Positions 19,548 to 28,596 of a DNA stretch of 64,000 nt are shown piece by piece. This stretch comes from Candidatus Multivoradales bacterium. Lineage in GTDB: Bacteria; Acidobacteriota; Thermoanaerobaculia; Multivoradales; JAHEKO01. The DNA is taken from NCBI GenBank assembly GCA_965223155.1, contig CBDCVR010000015.1:1152001-1216000 (forward strand). The letters run 5' to 3'. The notes below the pieces were generated by a model. That model ran no database searches. It had not been told where the DNA came from and saw only the letters and a program-made list of their open reading frames with translations. The position numbers and the translations under genes are program-made. Position 1 is the first letter of the stretch, and every line of letters starts with the position of its first letter.

Positions 19548-19690
19548 GGTCGGTCTCCTTTCTCGGCTCTGATGCCGATTCTTGGTTATCTCCAACTGGC
19601 ACAGTGTCCCAGCTGGAGACCGACCGACTCATCTCATCTGTCACCGTATTACCACCAACGAACCGCGCTGCCCCGATACACTCCACTCCC

Positions 19691-21490
19691 GTGGAGACCG
19701 TCCGGAATTTCTGCATCATCGCCCACATCGACCACGGCAAGTCGACCCTTGCCGATCGGTTGATCCAGCACTGCGGCGCCGTCGAGGACCGGGAGTTTCG
19801 GGACCAGATTCTGGACTCGATGGACATCGAGCGCGAGCGCGGCATCACCATCAAGTCGAACACGATCTCGCTCGACTACCGCGCCCGGGACGGCCGGGAG
19901 TACCGACTGAATCTGATCGACACTCCCGGCCACGTGGATTTCTCGCACGAGGTGCGGCGCTCGCTCATGTCTTGCGAGGGAGCGCTCTTGGTGGTGGACG
20001 CGGCCCAGGGCGTCGAGGCGCAGACCGTGGCCAATCTCTACTTGGCGCTCGAGTACGACCTCGAGATCGTGCCGGTCGTCAACAAGATCGACCTGCCGTC
20101 GGCCGACGTGGACAGCGCCCTCGAGGAGATCGACTCGGACCTGGGTCTCGATCCGTTCGACGCCGTGCCGTGCTCGGCCAAGACCGGCGCCGGCATCGAC
20201 GAGGTCCTGGAGGCGGTGGTGACGAAGCTGCCTGCGCCGGAGGGCGATCCGGAGGCGCCGCTTCAGGCGCTCATCTTCGACGCCCAGTACGATTCCTACC
20301 GTGGCGTCGTGCTGCTGGTGCGGGTGAAGGCCGGAACCCTCCGGCCGAAGCAGACGATTCGCCTCATGCACACCGCCAAGGACTACGACGTCGAGGAGGT
20401 GGGCCTCCTGAAGCTCAAGAAGGTCAAGACCGGAGGGCTCGAAGCCGGAGAGGTGGGCTACGTCATCGCCGGCATCAAGACGGTCCGGGACATCGAGATC
20501 GGCGACACTTTGACCGATGCCACAAGCTCGGCGTCCGAGCCGCTGCCCGGCTACAAGCCGGCCAAGCCCGTGGTTTTCTCGTCGGTCTATCCGATGTCTA
20601 CCGACGAGTATCAGGATCTTGCCAAGGCGCTCGACAAGCTGGCTTTGAACGACGCCGCTCTGACCTACGAGAAGGACTCGTCGGCGGCGCTCGGCTTCGG
20701 TTTCCGCTGCGGCTTTCTGGGCCTCCTGCATCTGGAAGTGGTCCAGGAGCGGCTGCAACGCGAGTACGATCTGTCGCTGCTTCTGACCGCGCCCTCGGTG
20801 CGCTACCGGATCGAGCTCTCGGACGGTGAGGAGGTGCGGATCGACAATCCGCAGTTCTATCCCGATCCGACGCACATCGAGCAGGCCTACGAGCCGTACA
20901 TCAAGGCTTCGATCCTGATTCCGGAGCGCTACATCGGCACCGTCATGGAGCTTTGCCGCGAGCGCCGGGGCGAGAACACCACCTTCAACTATCTGGCGGT
21001 GGGCCGGGTCGAGCTGACCTCCGAGCTGCCGCTCGCCGAAGTCCTGTTCGACTTCTACGACCGCCTGAAGAGCTCGACCCAGGGCTACGGTTCGTTCGAT
21101 TACGAGATCCTCGACTACCGGCCCACGAGTCTGGTCAAGGTGGACATCCTGGTCAACGACGAACCGGTGGACGCGCTCTCCCAGCTCGTCCACCGGGACA
21201 AGGCCCGGGCGCGCGCTCTCCACTACTGCGAGCGGCTGGCCGACACCATTCCCAAGCAACAGTTCAAGATCAAGGTCCAGGGCGTGATCGGCGGCAAGGT
21301 CATCGCCCGGACCACGATCTCCGCTTTTCGCAAGGACGTCACCGCCAAGTGCTACGGCGGCGACATCACCAGGAAGCGCAAGCTTCTCGAGAAGCAGAAG
21401 GCGGGCAAGAAGAAGATGATGGTCGTGGGCTCGGTCGAGATCCCGCAGAAGGCCTTCGTCGAGGTGCTGAAGAGCGATGCTGGCAGCTGA
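19691..21490 (+). CDS. lepA: Translation elongation factor 4 (LepA)
   Basis: RNFCIIAHIDHGKSTLADRL, ERERGITIK, DTPGHVDF, GFRCGFLGLLH, KCYGGDITRKRKLLEKQK; start reassigned to GTG 19691. Confidence 0.98.
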   Translation: METVRNFCIIAHIDHGKSTLADRLIQHCGAVEDREFRDQILDSMDIERERGITIKSNTISLDYRARDGREYRLNLIDTPGHVDFSHEVRRSLMSCEGALLVVDAAQGVEAQTVANLYLALEYDLEIVPVVNKIDLPSADVDSALEEIDSDLGLDPFDAVPCSAKTGAGIDEVLEAVVTKLPAPEGDPEAPLQALIFDAQYDSYRGVVLLVRVKAGTLRPKQTIRLMHTAKDYDVEEVGLLKLKKVKTGGLEAGEVGYVIAGIKTVRDIEIGDTLTDATSSASEPLPGYKPAKPVVFSSVYPMSTDEYQDLAKALDKLALNDAALTYEKDSSAALGFGFRCGFLGLLHLEVVQERLQREYDLSLLLTAPSVRYRIELSDGEEVRIDNPQFYPDPTHIEQAYEPYIKASILIPERYIGTVMELCRERRGENTTFNYLAVGRVELTSELPLAEVLFDFYDRLKSSTQGYGSFDYEILDYRPTSLVKVDILVNDEPVDALSQLVHRDKARARALHYCERLADTIPKQQFKIKVQGVIGGKVIARTTISAFRKDVTAKCYGGDITRKRKLLEKQKAGKKKMMVVGSVEIPQKAFVEVLKSDAGS

Positions 21491-21517
21491 GGCGGTAGAC
21501 GAGCTCTGGGTCAACTC

Positions 21518-23467
21518 CTAGAAGCGCTTCCGGCGGCGTCCGAAGAAGTATCGGGCGGCCAGAGCCAGCACGAGGCCGGCGGCCACGCCCAAGCTGAACG
21601 ACCACGCGGCGATGAAGTCCACTCCGAGGTTGTTGACGTCCAGGTAGCGGATCAAGCGTTCTCGAGCGCTCAGACGAATCGGTCTCGGAGCGGAGCCGGC
21701 CACGTCCGCCGCGGGCTCGAGCGCCGAGGAGCCAGGGCCCGGTGAGCTTCCCAGCTCGAACGCGCCCAAGTCGGGAGCCTTGCCCGAGTAGTCGTCGTTG
21801 ACTCCCGGAATCACGACTCCCGCATCGACCGCGGCGCTGTCAGGCGCCAGCTCGGGGACGCGAAACCGGTAGGTGTCGTCCGGGTCCGGGCGAAGAGAGA
21901 TCGCGGGGTCGAAATCCTTCGACAGGTCCAGGACCAGCCCGTCGGGTTCGAGGCCGGTGTCGCGCTGGAAGTCCTCGAGGGTCGAGAACGCGCGGACTGG
22001 CCCTGGGCCGGGATCTCGCCAGCCGAAGATCGGCCCCGCCAGCGGCTCTTGGAGCTGGTTGTAGCCGTTGTGGTTCCAGACGATCGCCTCCACGTTGCCG
22101 CCCAGCTCGATGCCGGCCTTCGCGCCCAAGAACAAGTTGTTGAGAGCGTAGCTGTGATCGAAGTCGCTGGGCTGCGCTCTCAAGGCCACGTGCCAATTGA
22201 GGCTCGTGTTGTGCAACAGGAGCAGCTTGGGAGCTCCTCGGAGTTTCCAGGCATCCTGGAGGTTGTCGGCAAGTACGTTGCGGATCGCGTAGACGGGGCC
22301 AACCGAGTCCTGAACGCTCAATCCGACCAGGCTGCGAATGAGACGGTTGCCACGGACCCGGAAGTTGCCTTCCGCCCGGTCGATTTCGATGGCATCGTCG
22401 TTGATCTCGAAAATCGTGTTTCCGAGAACGTCCGAGCCGTGGGTTCCTCCGTCGGGCGAGAACGATGCCGCGACGAGGTCGTCCGCTTCGAGCCCCAGCT
22501 CGGCGGTGCTGATGCCGTCCCAGAATCTGGAGATCCGGTTGCGAGCGATGACGTGGCCCTGTCCGAGAGCGCGAATGCCGGTGCCGCCCGGTACGGAGGT
22601 CCGAACGCGCCAATTCTCGTAGCGGCCGACCAAGGTGTTCTCCGCCACGAACCAGCCGCGGCGGCCGCACACCAAACCACCCAGAAGGTAGTTGTCGCGG
22701 ACGACCCAGTGGCTTCCTGACCCTTGAAGGGCGGTGCCGTTGGAGCGCAGGATGAGTCCCTGGACCCATACCGAATCGACCGACGGCTCGCCGGTCAAAA
22801 CCGCCTCCTCGGGGCCCACGTCTGCGGTAAGCAGGACGTCCCCATCTCCTGCGGCCCCGATCACGATCGGCTGACTCTCGGTTCCGCTCCGGCGGAGGAC
22901 GAACGGCCCTCGGTAGAGACCGGCATGGAGTCGAATCAAGTCGCCGGGCCGGGCGGCGTCGAGCGCTTCCTGGAAGCCGGTTCGCTTGTCTGGAAAGACC
23001 TCGACCGTGCGGGCCGGCTCGGGTTCGAGGATCGGTGGCCGGGTCGCGACGAGAAGGCGCCGCTCGATCGGCTCGGCGCCGGAATCGAGCAGTGTCAGAT
23101 GGACCTCGTAGCGCGTGTCGGCCTCGAGGCCGAGAAGCGAACCGGCAAAGAGTTTCTTGCTACCCTTTCGGGCCGTGGGGATGAGTGGTAACGAATCGCG
23201 CCATCGCGACGTGCCCTCGCGCCGGAATCGCGCGTCAACCCTGGCGTCGCCGTCGTCGTCTCCAAGGACCGGCCAGCGTATGGCGATGCTCTCGAATGTG
23301 GCCGGCCCGGCGAACACTTCGAGCGGAAGCGGAGCGTCGGTCCCCTCGACGACGCCCGGGCCCGGGAGCAGCCCCGCGAGCAACCCCGAGAGCAACCCGA
23401 AGCGTAGCGCCAGGACCAGCGCCGGCTGGGTTTTCGATCGCCAAGCGGCGTTGTGCCCGGACTTCAT
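21518..23467 (-). CDS. Membrane-anchored FN3-like plus right-handed beta-helix (pectin lyase-like) protein
   Basis: Signal peptide; FN3-like GLEADTRYEVHLTL; ARPGDLIRLHAGLY; repeated N.I..N beta-helix turns; DDAIEID; PDLGAFE; C-terminal TM followed by RRRKRF. Start reassigned to ATG 23467. Confidence 0.75.
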   Translation of the reverse strand: MKSGHNAAWRSKTQPALVLALRFGLLSGLLAGLLPGPGVVEGTDAPLPLEVFAGPATFESIAIRWPVLGDDDGDARVDARFRREGTSRWRDSLPLIPTARKGSKKLFAGSLLGLEADTRYEVHLTLLDSGAEPIERRLLVATRPPILEPEPARTVEVFPDKRTGFQEALDAARPGDLIRLHAGLYRGPFVLRRSGTESQPIVIGAAGDGDVLLTADVGPEEAVLTGEPSVDSVWVQGLILRSNGTALQGSGSHWVVRDNYLLGGLVCGRRGWFVAENTLVGRYENWRVRTSVPGGTGIRALGQGHVIARNRISRFWDGISTAELGLEADDLVAASFSPDGGTHGSDVLGNTIFEINDDAIEIDRAEGNFRVRGNRLIRSLVGLSVQDSVGPVYAIRNVLADNLQDAWKLRGAPKLLLLHNTSLNWHVALRAQPSDFDHSYALNNLFLGAKAGIELGGNVEAIVWNHNGYNQLQEPLAGPIFGWRDPGPGPVRAFSTLEDFQRDTGLEPDGLVLDLSKDFDPAISLRPDPDDTYRFRVPELAPDSAAVDAGVVIPGVNDDYSGKAPDLGAFELGSSPGPGSSALEPAADVAGSAPRPIRLSARERLIRYLDVNNLGVDFIAAWSFSLGVAAGLVLALAARYFFGRRRKRF

Positions 23468-23505
23468 GGATTCGACATCCTGTTCGCTCGAGAGACGCCC
23501 CGCCT

Positions 23506-23550
23506 TCTCAGCATGCTCAGCAGTCTCAGTATTCTCAGCATGCTCACCAT
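23506..23550. repeat. 5 x 9-bp tandem repeat (KCTCAGCAK) in divergent intergenic region
   Basis: tctcagcat gctcagcag tctcagtat tctcagcat gctcaccat; ends at the sulfotransferase ATG. Confidence 0.85.
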
Positions 23551-24550
23551 GGAGCCAGTGAATCCACCAGCCCCCGGGGCCGTCAAGGTCCTGTTCATCG
23601 TAGGGTATCCCCGTAGCGGCAGCACCGTTCTGGGCGCTGTCCTCAATGAGCTGGCAGGCTTCGAGTTCGTGGGCGAGATGCGCTACCTGGGCGAGCTCCT
23701 TCGAAACGGCCAGCGACGCTGTGGCTGCGGCACGCCGATCGGACAGTGCGCCTTCTGGCAGTCCGTGCTGGCCGGGGAGCCGACGGACCCCGATGGTTTG
23801 GGAGGCTCGGTTGCCAAGTCCGGCGCGGAGGCGTTCGCCGCGTTTGCGGATCGCCAGGATCGGTTTGGGTCCTGGCTTCGGCTCGCCCTCGGGCGAGCTC
23901 CCTGGCCACGGAGAGTCGAGAGCCGGATCCGAGCTCGGCGGAATCTCTACAGGGCCGTTGCCAGGAGAACTGGGTTCGGCGTACTCGTGGACTCCTCGAA
24001 GTTGCCGGTCGATGCCGCCTATCTGGCGGCAACGCCGGGCATCGACGCCTACTTTCTGCACCTCGTTCGGGACCCGCGCGGACCGGTCTATTCACGGCAG
24101 CGCGGTCGGGATCTTCGCCTCCGTGAGGATCGTCATCCGAGACCTCTTCTGGCGAAGCTGAGAAAGTTGCTGATGGTCCGGGACGCTTTCGACTGGGCGC
24201 GGACGACGTTAGCCGTTAGGCTTTCCCTGCGCCGGGTATCGAGGGATCGCGTGTGTTTGCTTCGCTACGAGGACTTTGCGGCACGTCCGGAGCGGGAGGT
24301 CCGACGAATCGTTGCTTGGGTGGAACCAGGGACCGAGGTGGATTGCTTTTCTGAAGAATCGACCGTGGTGCTTGGCGAGAATCACTCGGTCAGCGGAAAT
24401 CGCACGCGGTTTCTTCGGGGCGAGACGCGAATCCGCGAGGATCGAGCCTGGAGCGACGAACTGTCGGGTCTCGAACAGGCCCTGGTGACGGCGTGTGCCG
24501 GGGCCGGAGCGTTGGGCCTCGAGGAGCGTGGGCATCGTGACGTCGGGTAG
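23549..24550 (+). CDS. Sulfotransferase (type A)
   Basis: GYPRSGSTVL 5'-PSB loop, LVDSSK, HLVRDPR, LRYEDF. Confidence 0.88.
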   Translation: MEPVNPPAPGAVKVLFIVGYPRSGSTVLGAVLNELAGFEFVGEMRYLGELLRNGQRRCGCGTPIGQCAFWQSVLAGEPTDPDGLGGSVAKSGAEAFAAFADRQDRFGSWLRLALGRAPWPRRVESRIRARRNLYRAVARRTGFGVLVDSSKLPVDAAYLAATPGIDAYFLHLVRDPRGPVYSRQRGRDLRLREDRHPRPLLAKLRKLLMVRDAFDWARTTLAVRLSLRRVSRDRVCLLRYEDFAARPEREVRRIVAWVEPGTEVDCFSEESTVVLGENHSVSGNRTRFLRGETRIREDRAWSDELSGLEQALVTACAGAGALGLEERGHRDVG

Positions 24551-24566
24551 GCAGTCGGACCGGACC

Positions 24567-25517
24567 GTGAATCCGCCGCTCGATTTCATCGTTATCGGCG
24601 CTTCGAAATCGGGCACGACGACGCTTTTCGAGCACCTGAAGAGGCATCCGGAGATCTACATTCCGGGAAACAAGGAAGTGCCCTTCTTTTCGAAGGACTC
24701 GCTCTACGAGATGGGGTGGGCGGCCTTTCTCAAGGAGTTCTTCTCCGAGGCCGAGCCCGGAGCGCTTCTGGGAAGCGTTTCGCCCCAGTATCTGGAGGAC
24801 GCCCCACGGGCCGCGCGCCGGATTGCCGCAAGCCTGCCGTCCGTTCGCCTCATCGCCCAGCTTCGGAATCCGATCGACCGAGCCCATTCGGCGTACCGGA
24901 TGCGGGTCTGGAAGGGGCGAGAGACTCGGTCATTCGAGGACGTGGTCGAAGCCCAGCTCGATCCGGAGGCACTGAGCCAGGCGCGAGAGCTCGACTGGTC
25001 TCTGGGAACGGTTACGGACCGGTACCTCGTGACCAGCGAATACGGGCGGCTCCTGGGCGAGTTCTTGCGGCACTTCGAGCGGGACCGGCTTTGCGTGCTG
25101 TTCGCGGAAGATCTCGCTCGGGCGCCGGAGGTGCTTCTCGACGAGCTGCTCGAGTTTCTGGATCTGGAGCCGGGCTTCCGCCCGGCAAGCCTCGGCCGGC
25201 GCTACTACCGCGGCGGCACGGGGATGCGCTCGTCCAAGCTGATTCGATGGGCGAGTCGAATTGCCCCCCTGCGTTGGCTTTGGTCGGGTCTCCCGCGAGA
25301 GCGCAGGCGGCGGCTCAAGTGGTGGGTCCAGACCGAGCTTGGGGTGCGGCGCTCGGGCAAGACCATTCCACCAATAGGCGCCGAGGTTCGAGCCCGCCTC
25401 AGGGAACACTACCGTCCGGACGTCGCCGAGCTTGCGCGGCGCTTCGAAGTTCGGCCGCCCTGGCCGGAGTTCGCCGAGACGCCCGCTACCGGGGCGGAGC
25501 CGGAGGCGCAGGCGTGA
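24567..25517 (+). CDS. Sulfotransferase (type B, heparan-sulfate sulfotransferase-like)
   Basis: DFIVIGASKSGTTTL...HPEI..P..KE..FF, LRNPIDRAHSAY. Confidence 0.9.
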   Translation: MNPPLDFIVIGASKSGTTTLFEHLKRHPEIYIPGNKEVPFFSKDSLYEMGWAAFLKEFFSEAEPGALLGSVSPQYLEDAPRAARRIAASLPSVRLIAQLRNPIDRAHSAYRMRVWKGRETRSFEDVVEAQLDPEALSQARELDWSLGTVTDRYLVTSEYGRLLGEFLRHFERDRLCVLFAEDLARAPEVLLDELLEFLDLEPGFRPASLGRRYYRGGTGMRSSKLIRWASRIAPLRWLWSGLPRERRRRLKWWVQTELGVRRSGKTIPPIGAEVRARLREHYRPDVAELARRFEVRPPWPEFAETPATGAEPEAQA

Positions 25518-26320
25518 CAACCGACTCTCCGGCGCTGTCTGGGGTGGTGGTTTGCCGCAACGAAGCGGCCGAGCTCGCCGACTGTCTTGCCTCCCTTGCC
25601 GGTTGCGACGAACTCGTAGTGGTGGATCTCGACTCCGAGGACGGCTCTCGGGACGTGGCCGAGGGAGCCGGCGCCGTGGTGCTTCGGCACGATCCGACGC
25701 CGATTCGCAACCGTCCCCTGTTTTTCGGGCTCGACGCGGCCGCCAACGATTGGGTGGTCAACCTCGACCCCGACGAACGCTTGGCCCCCGGCAGCCTGGA
25801 CGTCATTCGCCGCACGCTGAGGGCCAATCCTCGAGCCAGCCAGATTCGGTTGCCCTTCCAGTACTTCCTGGCTGGAAGGCCAATCCGGACCACGGTTTGG
25901 GGACGGCCGGGAATCGGCAGCATCCGCGTCGTCCATCGGAAGCGTGTGCCGCGGAGCGAGCTCGTCCACCGCGAGTTCGTGGTCGATGCGTCCACGGCAG
26001 TGCTTTCGCGAAACGAGATCGATCCCGTACGGCACTACTGGGCCGAGTCCTATGGTGAAGTACGAACGAAGTTGGGCCGGTACGCGCGTCGCGAGGGAGA
26101 GCGCCTCGAAGCCGTAGGGGAGGTCTTCTCCTGGCCGAGGCTCCTGGACCGGTGCGCTCGTAGCCTTTGGCGGAATCTGGTTCGGCACAAGGGGATCTTG
26201 GGCGGCACGATGGGGGTGAAGCTGAGCTTCATCCGGGCCGAATACGTGGTGCGGAGCCTCCTGGACCTGAGGAGGCTCGAGTTGGAGCGAAGCCCGGACG
26301 GCAAGAGTTCTGGCGGCTAG
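25514..26320 (+). CDS. Glycosyltransferase family 2 (WaaE/KdtX-like)
   Basis: VVVCRNEA, ELVVVD..SEDGS, WVVNLDPDER; GTGA overlap with upstream gene. Confidence 0.85.
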   Translation: MTTDSPALSGVVVCRNEAAELADCLASLAGCDELVVVDLDSEDGSRDVAEGAGAVVLRHDPTPIRNRPLFFGLDAAANDWVVNLDPDERLAPGSLDVIRRTLRANPRASQIRLPFQYFLAGRPIRTTVWGRPGIGSIRVVHRKRVPRSELVHREFVVDASTAVLSRNEIDPVRHYWAESYGEVRTKLGRYARREGERLEAVGEVFSWPRLLDRCARSLWRNLVRHKGILGGTMGVKLSFIRAEYVVRSLLDLRRLELERSPDGKSSGG

Positions 26321-26424
26321 CCAGGCCGGTTGGAGCTCTTGTCCGGGGAGCCTGGGTGGCGCCGCTCCGGCCGTTCCGGATCCAAGCTGCGTGCTAGCAT
26401 CAATCGCTTTCTGGGCGGCACGGC

Positions 26425-27273
26425 ATGGAGAATTCGTATACCGGTGCTGGGGACGAGGTCGTCACCCGCATCCGGCCCCGCCCTGGCTGGATCGCCATCG
26501 ATTTCGCGGAGCTCTGGTCGTATCGAGAGCTGCTGGCGTTCCTGACCTGGCGCAACATCAGGATCCGCTACGCCCAGACCATTCTTGGAGGGCTCTGGGC
26601 GATCATCCAGCCGCTGTTCACGATGATCGTGTTCACTCTCATCTTCAACAAGCTCGGTGGCGTTTCGGGCGGCAAGGTCGACTACAAGTTCTTCAGCTTC
26701 GCGGCCCTCGTGCCCTGGACGCTCTTTTCGTCTGGAATCTCGCTGTCGGCGAACAGTCTGGTCGGCAGCGCCAATCTCATTCGCCGGGTGTACTTCCCGC
26801 GCCTGGTCATCCCGCTCGCCGCGGTGCTGTCCGCGGTGGTGGACTTTCTTCTCGCGTTTGCCGTGTTACTCGTCATGGTGCCGATCTTCGGCGTCGCGCT
26901 CGACTCCAGGGTCTTCTGGGTGCCCGCTTTCTCGGCGCTTGCCGTTGCCGCCAGCCTCGGGGTCGGATTCTGGCTCTCGGCGATGAACGTGCAGTTCCGG
27001 GACGTCAAGCACGCCCTGCCTTTCCTGACGCAGTTTCTCCTGCTGGCGAGCCCGATTGGCTGGAAGGTCGCGGACGTGCCGGAACGGTACCGCCTGCTCG
27101 TGGGCCTGAATCCCATGGCTGGAGTGGTCGAGGGCTTTCGTTGGGCTATGGGGGGACAGGAAGCGCCCGCGCCCGGGCTTCTCGCGTTGTCCGCGACGAT
27201 TGCCGTGGTGCTTCTGGTGACCGGCGCGGTGTACTTTCGGCGTATGGAAAAGACCTTCGCCGACGTCATCTAG
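26425..27273 (+). CDS. wzm: Polysaccharide ABC transporter permease
   Basis: ELWSYRELL..L..R.I.IRYAQTILG.LWAIIQPL, VYFPR, LNPMAGVVEGFRW. Confidence 0.93.
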   Translation: MENSYTGAGDEVVTRIRPRPGWIAIDFAELWSYRELLAFLTWRNIRIRYAQTILGGLWAIIQPLFTMIVFTLIFNKLGGVSGGKVDYKFFSFAALVPWTLFSSGISLSANSLVGSANLIRRVYFPRLVIPLAAVLSAVVDFLLAFAVLLVMVPIFGVALDSRVFWVPAFSALAVAASLGVGFWLSAMNVQFRDVKHALPFLTQFLLLASPIGWKVADVPERYRLLVGLNPMAGVVEGFRWAMGGQEAPAPGLLALSATIAVVLLVTGAVYFRRMEKTFADVI

Positions 27274-27279
27274 GGGACC

Positions 27280-28596
27280 ATGGCCGAACCGGCAATTCGG
27301 GTCGAAGGGCTCGGCAAGCGATACCGCATCGGTGCCAGGAAGCGCCGGTCTCGGACGTTGTCCGAGAGTCTCACGACGACGGCTTTAGCGCCGGCTCGGA
27401 ACCTACGGGCGGTGCTTCGCGGCCAGGCCGCCCGCCACTCCAAGCGCTACCTGTGGGCGGTCGAGGAGGTTTCCTTCGACGTGCCACGGGGCCAAGTCCT
27501 GGGGATCATTGGCCGCAACGGCGCCGGCAAGAGCACGCTCCTCAAGATGCTCTCCCGGATCACCGAGCCGACTTGCGGATGGGCCGAGATCCGCGGCCGG
27601 GTGGGCTCGCTGCTGGAGGTCGGGACCGGATTCCATCCCGAACTCAGCGGGCGCGAGAACGTCTACTTGAACGGCGCGATTCTGGGGATGCGGAGCGCCG
27701 AGATCAGAAAGACGCTCGACCGTATCGTCGCGTTTGCCGAGGTCGAACGGATGATCGACACTCCGGTCAAGCATTACTCGAGCGGCATGATGGTGCGGCT
27801 GGCGTTCTCGGTCGCCGCCCATCTCGAGACCGAGGTGTTGCTGGTTGACGAAGTGCTGGCGGTCGGCGACGTCGCCTTTCAGCGCAAGTGCCTTGGAAAA
27901 ATGGGAGAGGTCGCCCGGAAGGGCCGGACCGTGGTGTTCGTCAGCCACAACATGGCGGCGATCGAGAGCTTTTCAGACCGGATTCTGGTCATCGAGGATG
28001 GCCGGCTGGTTCACGACGACACCGCCAAGAAGTCGATCCGCCACTATCTGGATCTCGTGCTCGAACCGTACTTGACCGGATCGCCCCTGGCCGATCGAGA
28101 AGATCGTACCGGCACGGGCTCGATCCGGCTGACCGAGTTTCGCGCGGAAGCACTGCCGGCAGACGGCGATCCGGATTCCGAAGCCAGCTTGCCCGTCCGG
28201 AGCGGAGCCGATGCGGTCCTCGCATTGGGATACGAGTGTGCGGCGGGACCCAGACCCCGCAACGTGGACGTGGGGTTCTCGATTCACACGCTCGACGGCG
28301 CGACCCTGCTGCGCCTGTACAGTTCCTACATGGGACAGGATCTTGGCGAGCTGCCGGAGGTGGGCGAGTTTCGCTGCCTGCTGGAGGACCTGCCACTCGC
28401 TCCGGGTAAGTATCTCGTTCACGCGAGGGTCACGGTCGGTGGAGAAGAGGCCGACTGGCCGCGCAACGGTGTCGGCTTCCTGACCGTCGAGCCGGGAGAC
28501 TTTTTCGGGACGGGACGGAACGAGTCCCAGGGTCGGGATCCGGCCCTCATTCTGCAGCGAGGCACCTGGTCGGTCGCCGAGACGGAGAGGCCGTAG
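27280..28596 (+). CDS. wzt: Polysaccharide ABC transporter ATPase with C-terminal Wzt_C domain
   Basis: GIIGRNGAGKSTLLK, YSSGM..RLAFSVA, LLVDEVLAVGD, VSH; C-terminal carbohydrate-binding extension (LAPGKY). Confidence 0.95.
   Translation: MAEPAIRVEGLGKRYRIGARKRRSRTLSESLTTTALAPARNLRAVLRGQAARHSKRYLWAVEEVSFDVPRGQVLGIIGRNGAGKSTLLKMLSRITEPTCGWAEIRGRVGSLLEVGTGFHPELSGRENVYLNGAILGMRSAEIRKTLDRIVAFAEVERMIDTPVKHYSSGMMVRLAFSVAAHLETEVLLVDEVLAVGDVAFQRKCLGKMGEVARKGRTVVFVSHNMAAIESFSDRILVIEDGRLVHDDTAKKSIRHYLDLVLEPYLTGSPLADREDRTGTGSIRLTEFRAEALPADGDPDSEASLPVRSGADAVLALGYECAAGPRPRNVDVGFSIHTLDGATLLRLYSSYMGQDLGELPEVGEFRCLLEDLPLAPGKYLVHARVTVGGEEADWPRNGVGFLTVEPGDFFGTGRNESQGRDPALILQRGTWSVAETERP

Larger units (their letters stand above)
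18278..19639 (-). mobile_element. Complete IS110-family element, IS1111 subgroup
   Basis: Perfect 14-bp sub-terminal IRs ATGAGTCGGTCGGT (18281-18294) and ACCGACCGACTCAT (19619-19632), 3 and 7 bp from the ends. TCT core at both junctions (18278-18280, 19637-19639). Lower GC than flanks. Long non-coding region 3' of the transposase. Confidence 0.93.

Noticed and set aside
19604-19690. 29-aa N-terminal extension of LepA in the ORF track
   Set aside because: It starts inside the IS left end; homology to LepA begins at GTG 19691.
21491-21502. ops/JUMPstart element (GGCGGTAG)
   Set aside because: It lies right after the lepA stop between convergent genes, lacks the downstream TG, and is not in the leader of the glycan operon.
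23506-23550. CRISPR array
   Set aside because: Contiguous 9-bp units with no spacers and no cas genes; no repeat-spacer array was seen anywhere in the window.
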